A DNA stretch of 62,974 nt, counting the filler, from Deltaproteobacteria bacterium (lineage in GTDB: Bacteria; JAGRBM01; JAHCIT01), in the NCBI GenBank assembly GCA_026129095.1. It is 5 parts of 5 records of this genome, joined end to end, with 100 filler letters (N's around TTAATTAATTAA, not from the genome) between each part and the next. Parts side by side here need not be neighbours in the genome. Positions count along the whole stretch, not along the records: positions 18,248 to 35,769 come from JAHCIT010000020.1; positions 35,870 to 49,378 come from JAHCIT010000021.1; 3 more parts are not named here. One strand, 5' to 3'. The translations under genes and the position numbers were made by a program. This document shows, piece by piece, positions 29,914-39,181 of the stretch (the first letter of the stretch is position 1; each line of letters begins with the position of its first letter). The notes below the pieces were generated by a model. It had not been told where the DNA came from. It saw only the letters and a program-made list of their open reading frames with translations, and ran no database searches.

Positions 29914-32196
29914 TCAGCCACCCGCTTCCTTTGCGTAACGTGAGCAGGCTTCACGGACTGCCTTGTTCTTGCTGTTCAGGCCGGCGGCAAGAGCCGCACG
30001 GGCCTCACGGGTGGCATTTGCACTGAGCGCCTTGGCCACAAGCGGACGAAACTGGTCAATATGCCCCTTCCCGAAACCCGCTTCCCTTGTGAGCAGACTC
30101 CACAGTGACTGGACCGCTCCCGACGCCTGGGAACTGCCCAGTATCGAGATCGACAGGGACTGATAGTTCCTCAGGCGTTTCTCCGTTGTTGGCTCTTTCG
30201 GATCCAGATGCAACAGCTTCTGGGCTTCCTCGTCGCTGTTCACTCCAGCAACAGCGGCCAGTACGGTAAAGGTTTCCGGAACCGGATAGTCGGCCAGCGC
30301 CTTCAACGCCATCTCCTTGGCGAGATCATCACGATTACGCAGCCCCAGTCGTGCTATCTGGGAACCGGTGCGGGGATTGAGGCCGTATCCAATGCGAATC
30401 AGGTTGAAAACCCTGATTGGCCGGGCATTCTGCGCCATAACGGCGATTGAGTTCAGCCCTGCCTGATCGATACCCTTGAACCTTTCCAGGAGCATTTCCT
30501 TGGTCCGCGTATCAGTTGGGCTTTCCAGTGCATCCAGCATCGCTTCGGCAATCACCGGACCCCGGCATTCATAATCCTTCGCCACCTGAACGGCCCGCCT
30601 GGAGCCATCTGCCCCGGAAAAATACTCCCGAAGCTGGATATGCAAGGCACTGGACTGGGTAGTCCGCTCTGACTGTCTGAGCAGAAAAGCGAGCACCTCA
30701 CTCGACGCCTTCTCGAGTTTCTGGACTTCCAGGACTTTTGCGAGATCGGTGCCCGATGCCAGCAATGAGTCTGGTGGCCGGGTCATCCGGGTCATCACAC
30801 CCATCCAGATATCCTTGTATCGGGCCAGGATTGCCTCTGGCTGCAGGGTGTCGAGAGCCTGGCGAACCGGCCCGGGGCCATCGGACAACTGGATGCGCTC
30901 CTGTGCGGCGACAACCAGCGAATCCATTGTTTCGCGGAATGACAGCTCCAGCATTCCGAGCCCGTTCGATTTGAGCGCTTTCGACTGGAGTTCCTGCCAG
31001 ATGATTCCATCGACCGGATGGCCGGTCTTTTTCATACCCACATCGAGCTCGGCCAGCAGACGCTTTCGCTCGGACTCGATCGGACGGATCTGCTGCATCA
31101 GGTCAGCCACCGCCTGGACCATCTCCGGATCGGTCCCTTGGTTGCTGAGCATTGCCTGAATGGCTTCGACCAGCAGGCCGTCCGATACCGTTTGCGACAG
31201 GCTCTTGTTCCCCTGCTTCACCGACTCTGGCGGGTTTTCCGACTGGGCCCGGGAGGTGAGCTTCTGGAGCATGACAAACCGTGCGTCCGGACGGAGGCGG
31301 GCCATCACCGATGCCATCAATTTGGCACTGTCGGCCAGTGCCTCTTTCGGCGTGCCAGCGTCGCGCATATACTGGTGATGGCCATACCACGCCTTGGCAG
31401 CCAGTTCGGCCAGATCGTCAGGATTGAGTGCCTCAATCCTGACGTTACCACCGCCGCCAATTCGCGACTTGACCTTCCCGCCGGCAACTCCCGCGGATTT
31501 CCCGGCTTGCGGGCTGCCGCTGCTAGAACCACTACTCCCAGCCGGCCCTCCTGTATTGCCCGGTTTGTCAACGACACCGGGTTCGGCTTTATCGAGCAGT
31601 TCGTCCAAAAAGCCGCCCAGCGATTCCGGCGTCGCGAGGGCGGCGATATCAATACCTACTCCATCCCCCACCTGGGCCCGCTTGTCCTTGATCTTGAGGA
31701 CATCTCTCAGGGTCCGCTCAACAACCTGGTCCTGACCGGCGATGTCGGATATCTGCACATCACGGCCCGTAAACAGTGCGTCGAAATCCACCTCGACCAG
31801 CACGATTCCCTGGACCTGCTGGCGCTCCAGAAGCGCAACGTAACCGCCGGCCGCATGGGCCTTGTCAACCGTTTCGCCAATACTCGCCATCAGGCCAGCA
31901 AGATCCCTTGGCCCTGCCGACTTTTCGAGACGGATGGCGACAATCGATCGGGCGAAAAGGTGTTCCGCAAGCTGGACCGATGCCGGATCCGAAAGAGGCG
32001 CAGCAGTTGGATCAAAGACCAGCTTGCTGCCGATCGTGCCGATCGTGACGTTTGGTGCGTTCTGGCAGGACTGCTGAAGAGCGTCGAGTGCCTGCTTGCG
32101 GACTTGTGCGAGAATGGGGTGTGCATCGTCGTAATATCCAGCCGCCTTCAGCGACCGGCTAAGCGCCTTGACCAGCGAACCGATCGCCATGCTCAT
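29914..32196 (-). CDS. Large helical protein with C-terminal HEAT-like repeats
   Basis: Helical repeats such as LAKEMALKALADY, VAKALSA and VREACS; coupled to both neighbours. Confidence 0.7.
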   Translation of the reverse strand: MSMAIGSLVKALSRSLKAAGYYDDAHPILAQVRKQALDALQQSCQNAPNVTIGTIGSKLVFDPTAAPLSDPASVQLAEHLFARSIVAIRLEKSAGPRDLAGLMASIGETVDKAHAAGGYVALLERQQVQGIVLVEVDFDALFTGRDVQISDIAGQDQVVERTLRDVLKIKDKRAQVGDGVGIDIAALATPESLGGFLDELLDKAEPGVVDKPGNTGGPAGSSGSSSGSPQAGKSAGVAGGKVKSRIGGGGNVRIEALNPDDLAELAAKAWYGHHQYMRDAGTPKEALADSAKLMASVMARLRPDARFVMLQKLTSRAQSENPPESVKQGNKSLSQTVSDGLLVEAIQAMLSNQGTDPEMVQAVADLMQQIRPIESERKRLLAELDVGMKKTGHPVDGIIWQELQSKALKSNGLGMLELSFRETMDSLVVAAQERIQLSDGPGPVRQALDTLQPEAILARYKDIWMGVMTRMTRPPDSLLASGTDLAKVLEVQKLEKASSEVLAFLLRQSERTTQSSALHIQLREYFSGADGSRRAVQVAKDYECRGPVIAEAMLDALESPTDTRTKEMLLERFKGIDQAGLNSIAVMAQNARPIRVFNLIRIGYGLNPRTGSQIARLGLRNRDDLAKEMALKALADYPVPETFTVLAAVAGVNSDEEAQKLLHLDPKEPTTEKRLRNYQSLSISILGSSQASGAVQSLWSLLTREAGFGKGHIDQFRPLVAKALSANATREARAALAAGLNSKNKAVREACSRYAKEAGG

Positions 32197-34805
32197 TGCA
32201 GTGTTTGCCTGCCTGTGGCTTTATTCGAGGAACTGGAGACATCACCCCAGTGCCAGGCAACCAGGTCACGGGCGAACGGAGAGTCTGCCAGGATAATCTC
32301 CCATACCCCGATCCCTCCCTCCTTTTCGAACCCCTTGAATGATGCTTCCCCCGCATAGCGAAGCACGTACATCAGTGCTCCGGAGTCAGTCCGGGTAACG
32401 ACCTGAAACCGCTCCACATCGAATTCGAACACCCATTTGGACAGAAACTCCGCCGGCAGCCGTGATTGCGGAACTGTAATCTCCTGAAACTTCAGGCTCT
32501 CTCCAGCTGCCGCCCGGTAGGCTTCCAGAGAGGCTGCAGACATGGCGCAACCGGCATTGTAGAACTCCGCCGACCGGTTCAGGGAATCGGGAAGCCCGCC
32601 ACGGCTTTTGACCTGCTCCTGAACTTTCCCATGAAGCAGGCGGGCAAACTCCTGAATTGCTGCCGTGGCTGCGGCCTTGTCACCACTCGTAATTGCCTCG
32701 GAAATGGCGTCCCCCGAAGACACCGGGACATCAAGCTGGTAGCTCCTGCCGACACTGACCTGAAACGGCATGGAGGCACGGGGACTTTTCCGTTCTTCCC
32801 TGGCCCTCTGGACCCGAAGTTCCCTTTCAGCCCGCAGTATGCCGGATCGTGCCGTTCCGCGTGCTGCCTCATTGAGCCTCTCGGCAATCGTTACCGAGGT
32901 GTAACCTGACGCTTCATTGACCGCTGGAGCCATCAGACCAAGCGCCACCTGGCTGAGGTCAACAACCTCTGCGGCCGCACCGAACGCAACATATGCTCCT
33001 GCCTCGACGCCGTAGCCAACCGTACCGGCTATCCGTTCCTCTTTCACCAAGTTCAGCATTTCGATCCTGTCCAGGATTTCCTTGCGCGCTGCTGCCATCT
33101 GTAGCTGATGCACACTACCGGCGGAAGCAGCTGCCATGCTGGAATCGATCTCCCGCAGACGCTCGCTCCAGTTCCCGATTTCCGCATCAATCTCGGCGAC
33201 GGCCTCCGTGCCGCCGCCGAGGATATCGGGAATATTCTGCACCAACTCTTCCGCGGCCTGTTTCAAAATGTCACGAATGCCAAGTGCTAGCGACACCATC
33301 GGCATAATCTCTCCCCTGAAACCGGCAGCATCCCCAACGATGTTGGAGATGGCGAGCGCCTTTTCATTGCCATTCTGAAGTTTCCGGGCCAGATCAAAAA
33401 TCGGCGCGTAGAAATACCGGCGGAGGAAATCGCCCATGGCGGCTTCCTTGATGCTGGCGGTGCGTTTGGTGAAATCCTTGAGATCGACAAAGAGATGCGC
33501 TTCCTGGCGTTCTTCGGCGATCTGGTAAAGTGGGGCCGGGCTTGGTTCCAACCGGTAGCATTTGCCGGAACGGTAGGTGGACTCCTGATGGACTGGTGGC
33601 AGGAAATCCACCAGCTTCAGGATATCCTGCTTCATGCGCTCGACCCGCTCATCCAGCACAAGGACTATTGCCCCGGCGGCCGCCAGCCGGGCACGGGCTT
33701 TCAGATCGCCATGCCGGCCCAGCGGTTCCATCTGGCCTGCCATTACCTGTGGAGCCTTTACCAGCATTGCGCCGAGAATTTCCGCGGGCTGCCCGGCCAC
33801 CCGTTTCTGGCCGTCAGCCCATCCCCGGAACTGCTCCCGCTTCCGCGGGTCGGCAAGGCAGCTTTCCAGCATCTTTCCGGAAGCGGCCATCTGGCGGCCC
33901 GCCTGGAGCCCCTTCTCGGTCTCCAGACGGCTTGTCTGGAGCAGAATGAGGAGCAGCAAATCCCTTACCACTTCAGCAAGCAGATCGAGACTCAGGGTCG
34001 CTTTCTGGGTGGCATCAGCAGCCAGCCTGTCTGTCAGCATGAGATGAATCTGCTCGAGATCTGTATTTTCGATCGCCTCCGGGAGGAGCTTGCGCGCCAT
34101 TGATACCGCGCCCGCCGTCGTCCGGTACGGATTGACCGGCACCGTCAGCAGATCGTCTACAGATGCTCCCATAGACAGTGGGGACACTGTGACCGCAAAC
34201 TGAAATCCCAACCGCGCAGAAAGGGCGTCGCCCTCTACGGCGCCGGTTTCGAGAAGTCCTTTCAACCCAAGCTGCAACAGTGGAGGAACAATGCACTGGT
34301 TCACCCCGTGCGCAGCATCCGGCAGCAGTGCAATGGCCTTTCGCAATGATTCGACAACCAGCAGATGAACCAAATAGGCAGTTTCATCGCCACCCTCGCC
34401 AGCGCCCACTTCGGCAAACCCCTTGAGGTACATGGAGCTTGCATCAGCAGCCAGCGCCCGCCCGCTTGCCGGGAACCACAATGCTGCACCAACCGGATCA
34501 ATATCGCTTCCGATCTGGGCGTAGCGAATCGCTCGCCTCAGTTCGTCGGTACCATTAACACATGGTCCGGCAAGAGGCGGGACCGCCGCAGGCATCAGTA
34601 ATGCCTTCCAGTGGGTCAGCGTGTTTTCGGGAAGTGCTACCGGTATCCTCATTTTGGCCGCCGACTCGCCGACGGCGAGTCGAAGCCGGGACGGTACCAG
34701 AGCCAGAAACCGGCCGAACGAAAACCCACCCTCACGGCAGAAATCGATGATGCTGCGGTAGAGCGACAGCCGCCACTCTATTTCTGATGCAACCGTACCT
34801 TGCAT
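32193..34805 (-). CDS. Large protein with an atypical class III nucleotide cyclase domain
   Basis: HLFVDLKDFT, NIVGDA, GVEAGAYV and LNEAAR motifs with a coiled-coil insertion. Confidence 0.7.
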   Translation of the reverse strand: MQGTVASEIEWRLSLYRSIIDFCREGGFSFGRFLALVPSRLRLAVGESAAKMRIPVALPENTLTHWKALLMPAAVPPLAGPCVNGTDELRRAIRYAQIGSDIDPVGAALWFPASGRALAADASSMYLKGFAEVGAGEGGDETAYLVHLLVVESLRKAIALLPDAAHGVNQCIVPPLLQLGLKGLLETGAVEGDALSARLGFQFAVTVSPLSMGASVDDLLTVPVNPYRTTAGAVSMARKLLPEAIENTDLEQIHLMLTDRLAADATQKATLSLDLLAEVVRDLLLLILLQTSRLETEKGLQAGRQMAASGKMLESCLADPRKREQFRGWADGQKRVAGQPAEILGAMLVKAPQVMAGQMEPLGRHGDLKARARLAAAGAIVLVLDERVERMKQDILKLVDFLPPVHQESTYRSGKCYRLEPSPAPLYQIAEERQEAHLFVDLKDFTKRTASIKEAAMGDFLRRYFYAPIFDLARKLQNGNEKALAISNIVGDAAGFRGEIMPMVSLALGIRDILKQAAEELVQNIPDILGGGTEAVAEIDAEIGNWSERLREIDSSMAAASAGSVHQLQMAAARKEILDRIEMLNLVKEERIAGTVGYGVEAGAYVAFGAAAEVVDLSQVALGLMAPAVNEASGYTSVTIAERLNEAARGTARSGILRAERELRVQRAREERKSPRASMPFQVSVGRSYQLDVPVSSGDAISEAITSGDKAAATAAIQEFARLLHGKVQEQVKSRGGLPDSLNRSAEFYNAGCAMSAASLEAYRAAAGESLKFQEITVPQSRLPAEFLSKWVFEFDVERFQVVTRTDSGALMYVLRYAGEASFKGFEKEGGIGVWEIILADSPFARDLVAWHWGDVSSSSNKATGRQTLQ

Positions 34806-35200
34806 GACCTGTGTGGGCTCTCGTAGCTATGCAAACTCTCGCCGTCGAGCGGCCAGTGGCCATCTGATCGAAAGAGAGAGCGAGGCAAGGTAGTGCTCTC
34901 TAATCCCATCCAAGAAAACGCTTCAGACCGAAGCGTCGATTGGCATGGTCTTAAGCTGGCGGGCCGATGGTGATGATCTTGGAACCTTCTGCCTCGATCA
35001 TGCCGCCGAGATCATCGAAACCGGCGCACTGGTTGACGAGTTTCTTGTGACCACCGCTGGCACCGTCTCAGCAGTAGTTATGGCGACATAGCTTCCAGCG
35101 AAACGGAAAACCCTTCCACAGCAGTATCCCTGAAAAGGGCACAGTTGTGTATAGGGCTTTCAGCTTCGATAGAACTCCGGGGCCCAAGGGGTGTAGAACT

Positions 35201-35440
35201 CAAAAGCCCCCACCTAGCCCTAACCTTTCCAGTTTCTTCAACAGAAATAGATAGTTGAATGGTGGGGGCTTGGGTTAGGGCTAGGTAGGACTCCAGTGTG
35301 GGCAAGGTGGGGGCTTTTGCTCATTTTCCCACCTTGATGATGTATGAGCCTCAGAACAGATTGCATAAAAGTCCCGCAATTCCAGGAGTTTGTCGCATTT
35401 CACTAATGGATCATTACCGCACGGTAGGTGGTGGGGGCTT
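35201..35440. repeat. Cluster of inverted/direct GGTGGGGGCTT motifs in a lower-GC non-coding stretch
   Basis: AAGCCCCCACC at about 35204; GGTGGGGGCTT at 35261, about 35307 and 35430; CCTAGCCCTAACC versus GGTTAGGGCTAGG. Confidence 0.75.
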
Positions 35441-35769
35441 CGGATTATTAACCCCAAAGGCCCAACGTCATTTCAATAACTGTGGTCTTGGCCCAACCCA
35501 AACACCCGGTACCGATCCCCGCCCGTCTGCGGTGGTGTCTCCGGTAAAACCGGTCCTAGCTCCCGTCCTGCGCCGGTGCGTCGCAAACCGACTCCGGCCC
35601 GTCTGCCGTCCGGCTTTAATACGACTGCGGGACGGCGGCGGTCCGTGCTTGGTTATTAGCCGCTCGGCACCCATCTCCGGCGGTTTTCGCCCCACCCATT
35701 TACAGGGACACGTCCTGACACGCGGAAATGATACGCCTTCCGGGCATGGGACCGAAGGCCGTTCGCCCT

Positions 35770-35869
35770 NNNNNNNNNNNNNNNNNNNNNNNNNNNNNNN
35801 NNNNNNNNNNNNNTTAATTAATTAANNNNNNNNNNNNNNNNNNNNNNNNNNNNNNNNNNNNNNNNNNNN
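35770..35869. other. Artificial contig linker
   Basis: N44-TTAATTAATTAA-N44. Confidence 0.99.
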
Positions 35870-35958
35870 TTCGGGCGGTTTCAGCCGGAACCGGCCGTAA
35901 TGGACCCATTCCTGCAATCTGACAGGGATACCAGGGGTTTAGTTGCCGGGGAAAGGTG

Positions 35959-36034
<76 letters not shown>

Positions 36035-36203
36035 GCGCGCAGTGATAGCGGGGCCGGGCGGGGGCGTCAACAGCGGGCAGGGCGGAAAAACGGGATGCGT
36101 TCCGGCCCTGCGGATGGGGGCCGTTCTGACCAGTCTCCCCCTCCGGATACCGTCCGTGTTAGGCTGGGAACCAGCATCCATTCAGCCAGTTAGGGGAGCC
36201 GCC

Positions 36204-37523
36204 GTGCAGATTGCAGCGCCGGGGGCCGGATCGGTCCGGTTCGAGGAGGAGAAAAAGCGCCTCATCTGGGGAACGCGGTACGTCGACACCTGCGTGATGA
36301 TGATGGGGGTGATGTTCTTCCCCCTGTGGTGGCTGGAAGTGGTGGACACGACCCTCGGGATCGCGGGGGCCGGGGTTGTGGTCGCCGTCCTCACCATGGG
36401 CATCATCGCCCGGTATATCTACGCCAATGCGCCGGACCCCCTTTCGATGTATGCCGTCGTGAACTTCGGCATGGTCATCATCATCGGCCTGATTGCCGTG
36501 CTGGTCCATTTCAGCGGCGGCATCTGGAGCTTCATGGTTGGCTCGTATTTCCTCGTGGCAGTGGGCTGCAGCGTGTTCGTCAGTTTCCGGAACGCCATTT
36601 TCCTGAACGCTTTCAGTGCGCTCAGTTTCTATGGCGTGTGCATGCTGGAAATCTACGGGGTTCTGCCCCGGCACAGTTTCGCGACCTCGCCGTTCGAGGG
36701 GATGCAGGCCAATGCGCGGTTCGCCGGGGCATATGCCTTTTCGCTGTTCCCGTTCCTGACCCTGGTGTCGTATGCGAGCTGGTTCTTCGCCCAGCGGCTC
36801 CGCTCTGCCGAGGACCGGCTGGACGCCGAGCAGCAGGAGCGGCTTGCGGAGATTGGCATGTTTTCCAGCGTGATCGCCCATGAGTTCAAGAACCCGCTCG
36901 GGGTCATCAAGGGAGCGGTGGAAGTGGTCATGGATGACAGCGATCCGGCCACCCGGACGGAAATGCTGGGGCATGTCCGGCAGGAGGTGATCCGGCTCGA
37001 CCGGATGGTACGTACGCTGCTCGACTATTCGAAGCCCCAGAAACTTGAGCTGGAGCCGGTAACGGTAGGCGATGTGATCGACGAGGTGCTGGTGTTTTTC
37101 GATCCTCCGCGGGAGAAAAAGGTCCAGATCCGGTTCCACTCGGCCGATGCCGGCCCGCACAGGGTCCGTGCCGACGTGGAAAAGCTGAAGCAGGTGCTTC
37201 TCAACCTGCTGTCCAATGCCGTCGAGGCGGCCCCGCCGGAGAGCAGTGTCCAGTTCATCCTTCGCCGGGACCGGGAGACGGCCGCCATTGATGTGATCGA
37301 CCAAGGGGCTGGTATCCCCGAGGATGTGCAGGCGAAGCTGTTCCAGCCTTTTCATACGACCAAGGCGAAGGGCACGGGGCTGGGGCTTGCCATCTCCCGG
37401 CGTATTGTGGAAGCACATGGAGGAACCCTGACCTTCGTGACCCGGCCGGGAGAGGGGACCACCTTCACGGTCCGGCTCCCGGCCGAAGACCCGGCAGTCC
37501 CCTCCGGCAAGGAGTCCCGGTGA
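36204..37523 (+). CDS. Membrane sensor histidine kinase
   Basis: About 6 TM helices, AHEFKNPL H-box, NLLSNA, DQGAGI and GTGLGL; start inferred at GTG 36204. Confidence 0.93.
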   Translation: MQIAAPGAGSVRFEEEKKRLIWGTRYVDTCVMMMGVMFFPLWWLEVVDTTLGIAGAGVVVAVLTMGIIARYIYANAPDPLSMYAVVNFGMVIIIGLIAVLVHFSGGIWSFMVGSYFLVAVGCSVFVSFRNAIFLNAFSALSFYGVCMLEIYGVLPRHSFATSPFEGMQANARFAGAYAFSLFPFLTLVSYASWFFAQRLRSAEDRLDAEQQERLAEIGMFSSVIAHEFKNPLGVIKGAVEVVMDDSDPATRTEMLGHVRQEVIRLDRMVRTLLDYSKPQKLELEPVTVGDVIDEVLVFFDPPREKKVQIRFHSADAGPHRVRADVEKLKQVLLNLLSNAVEAAPPESSVQFILRRDRETAAIDVIDQGAGIPEDVQAKLFQPFHTTKAKGTGLGLAISRRIVEAHGGTLTFVTRPGEGTTFTVRLPAEDPAVPSGKESR

Positions 37524-38890
37524 GCCAGCGACGGATACTCATAGTGGACGACGAGGAACGGCTCCGGTCGGTGCTGGAGAAGATACTCGCCCGTCTCAAT
37601 GTCACCTGCCTGCATGCGGAATCGGGCGAGGATGCGCTGAAGGTTCTGGAAGGACGGCAGGTGGACCTGATCCTGACCGACCTCATCATGCCCGGCATGG
37701 GCGGGGTGGAACTGCTCCGCAGGCTCCGGCAGCAGGGGAACGAAAGCCCGGTCATCATCATCACGGCGCACGGATCGATCGAGTCGGCCGTGCAGGCGGT
37801 GAAGGAGGGCGCGTCCGACTACATCGAAAAGCCGTTCGATAAGGAGAAGATCGCGCTCAGTGTCGAGAAAGCCCTGCAGTTCGGCGAACTGCTGAGCGAC
37901 TTCCGGGCGCTCCGCGACGAGGTGCGGGAGCGGTTCGACTTCAGCAATATCGTGACCCGGTCGGAGAAGATGCTCGCCACGCTGAAACTGGCTTCCAAGG
38001 TGGCGGGCGAAAGCCAGACGACGGTGCTGATCACAGGCGAGTCGGGAACCGGGAAAGAGCTGATGGCGCGGGCTATCCACTACAACTCCGACCGCCGCCA
38101 GAAACGGTTTGTCGCAGTCAACTGCACGGCCATTCCCGACACGCTGCTGGAAAGCGAGCTGTTCGGCTACGAAAAGGGCGCCTTCACCGGCGCCGACAGG
38201 ACCAAGCCGGGCCTGCTGGAGCAGGCGGGTGGCGGGACGCTGTTTCTGGACGAAATCGGCGACATGTCGCTCCCGGTGCAGGCCAAGATGCTTCGTGTGC
38301 TCCAGGAACGTGAATTTACTCCCGTGGGCAGCCGGGAAGTCATGCCATTTACGGGCCGGATCGTTTGCGCCACGAACCGGAATCTTGAGCAGATGGTCTC
38401 GCAGGGGGAGTTCCGCGAAGACCTGTTTTACCGGATCAACGTCTTCCCGGTTCACATTCCGCCGCTTCGGGAGCGGAAAGAGGACGTGATCCTGCTGGGC
38501 GAGTTCTTCCTGAAAAAGTTCGCTTCCGAGATGGGCAAGCCCCTGCGGGGGTTTACACCGGAGGCCGCGAGGGATTTGGAAGAACACCCCTGGAAAGGGA
38601 ACGTGCGCGAGCTGGGCAACCTGCTGGAACGGGCCGTGATCCTGGCCGAGGGACTCAATGTGACGGCGCGGGATCTCAACCTGCGGGGGGCGGCCGAAGC
38701 CGTATCGACCCCGGTCCCGGCCGGTTTCAGCCTGCCCGTGGGCGGCCTCAACCTGGAAGAGCTGGAACGGACCCTCGTTGAGCAGGCGATCCAGCAGGCC
38801 CGGTTCAACAAGACCCGCGCAGCGCAACTGCTGGGGCTCACCCGGGCGCAGCTCCGGAGCCGTCTCGAGAAGTTCGGAATCGAAGGCTGA
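37520..38890 (+). CDS. Sigma-54-dependent response regulator (NtrC/AtoC family)
   Basis: Receiver domain, GESGTGKE, GAFTGA, WKGNVREL and Fis HTH. Confidence 0.97.
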   Translation: MSQRRILIVDDEERLRSVLEKILARLNVTCLHAESGEDALKVLEGRQVDLILTDLIMPGMGGVELLRRLRQQGNESPVIIITAHGSIESAVQAVKEGASDYIEKPFDKEKIALSVEKALQFGELLSDFRALRDEVRERFDFSNIVTRSEKMLATLKLASKVAGESQTTVLITGESGTGKELMARAIHYNSDRRQKRFVAVNCTAIPDTLLESELFGYEKGAFTGADRTKPGLLEQAGGGTLFLDEIGDMSLPVQAKMLRVLQEREFTPVGSREVMPFTGRIVCATNRNLEQMVSQGEFREDLFYRINVFPVHIPPLRERKEDVILLGEFFLKKFASEMGKPLRGFTPEAARDLEEHPWKGNVRELGNLLERAVILAEGLNVTARDLNLRGAAEAVSTPVPAGFSLPVGGLNLEELERTLVEQAIQQARFNKTRAAQLLGLTRAQLRSRLEKFGIEG

Positions 38891-39100
38891 AATACCCTCC
38901 CGGCGACGTATGGAAACCTCCAAAGTGGCTGGAAATCGCCATTTCCCTGTAACTGGCTGTAATCACAAGGAAAACAGATTGGCGGCGGCCGGCTTCTCCG
39001 GGGTTCACCCCGATTATGGTTGTATTTCGCCAACATGGTTAACCTAGGTCGGTTATGGGAAACATGAGTTGTTTTAGCAGGTTACACGGGATTTTACTGC

Positions 39101-39116
39101 TGGCATGAGGATTGCT
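39101..39116 (+). promoter_or_regulatory. Sigma-54 -24/-12 promoter
   Basis: TGGCATGAGGATTGCT with exact GG-N10-GC spacing, 65 nt upstream of ATG 39182. Confidence 0.85.
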
Positions 39117-39181
39117 TCATGGAGGCCAAACCAAGGTCACTCTGGTGCCTGTTTACTAAGGAAGATCAAGAGGAGTCAGTC

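Noticed and set aside
34946-35090. Small ORF MVLSWRADGDDLGTFCLDHAAEII...
   Set aside because: Under 50 aa with no clear RBS or motif; it could be a gene remnant but is unsupported.
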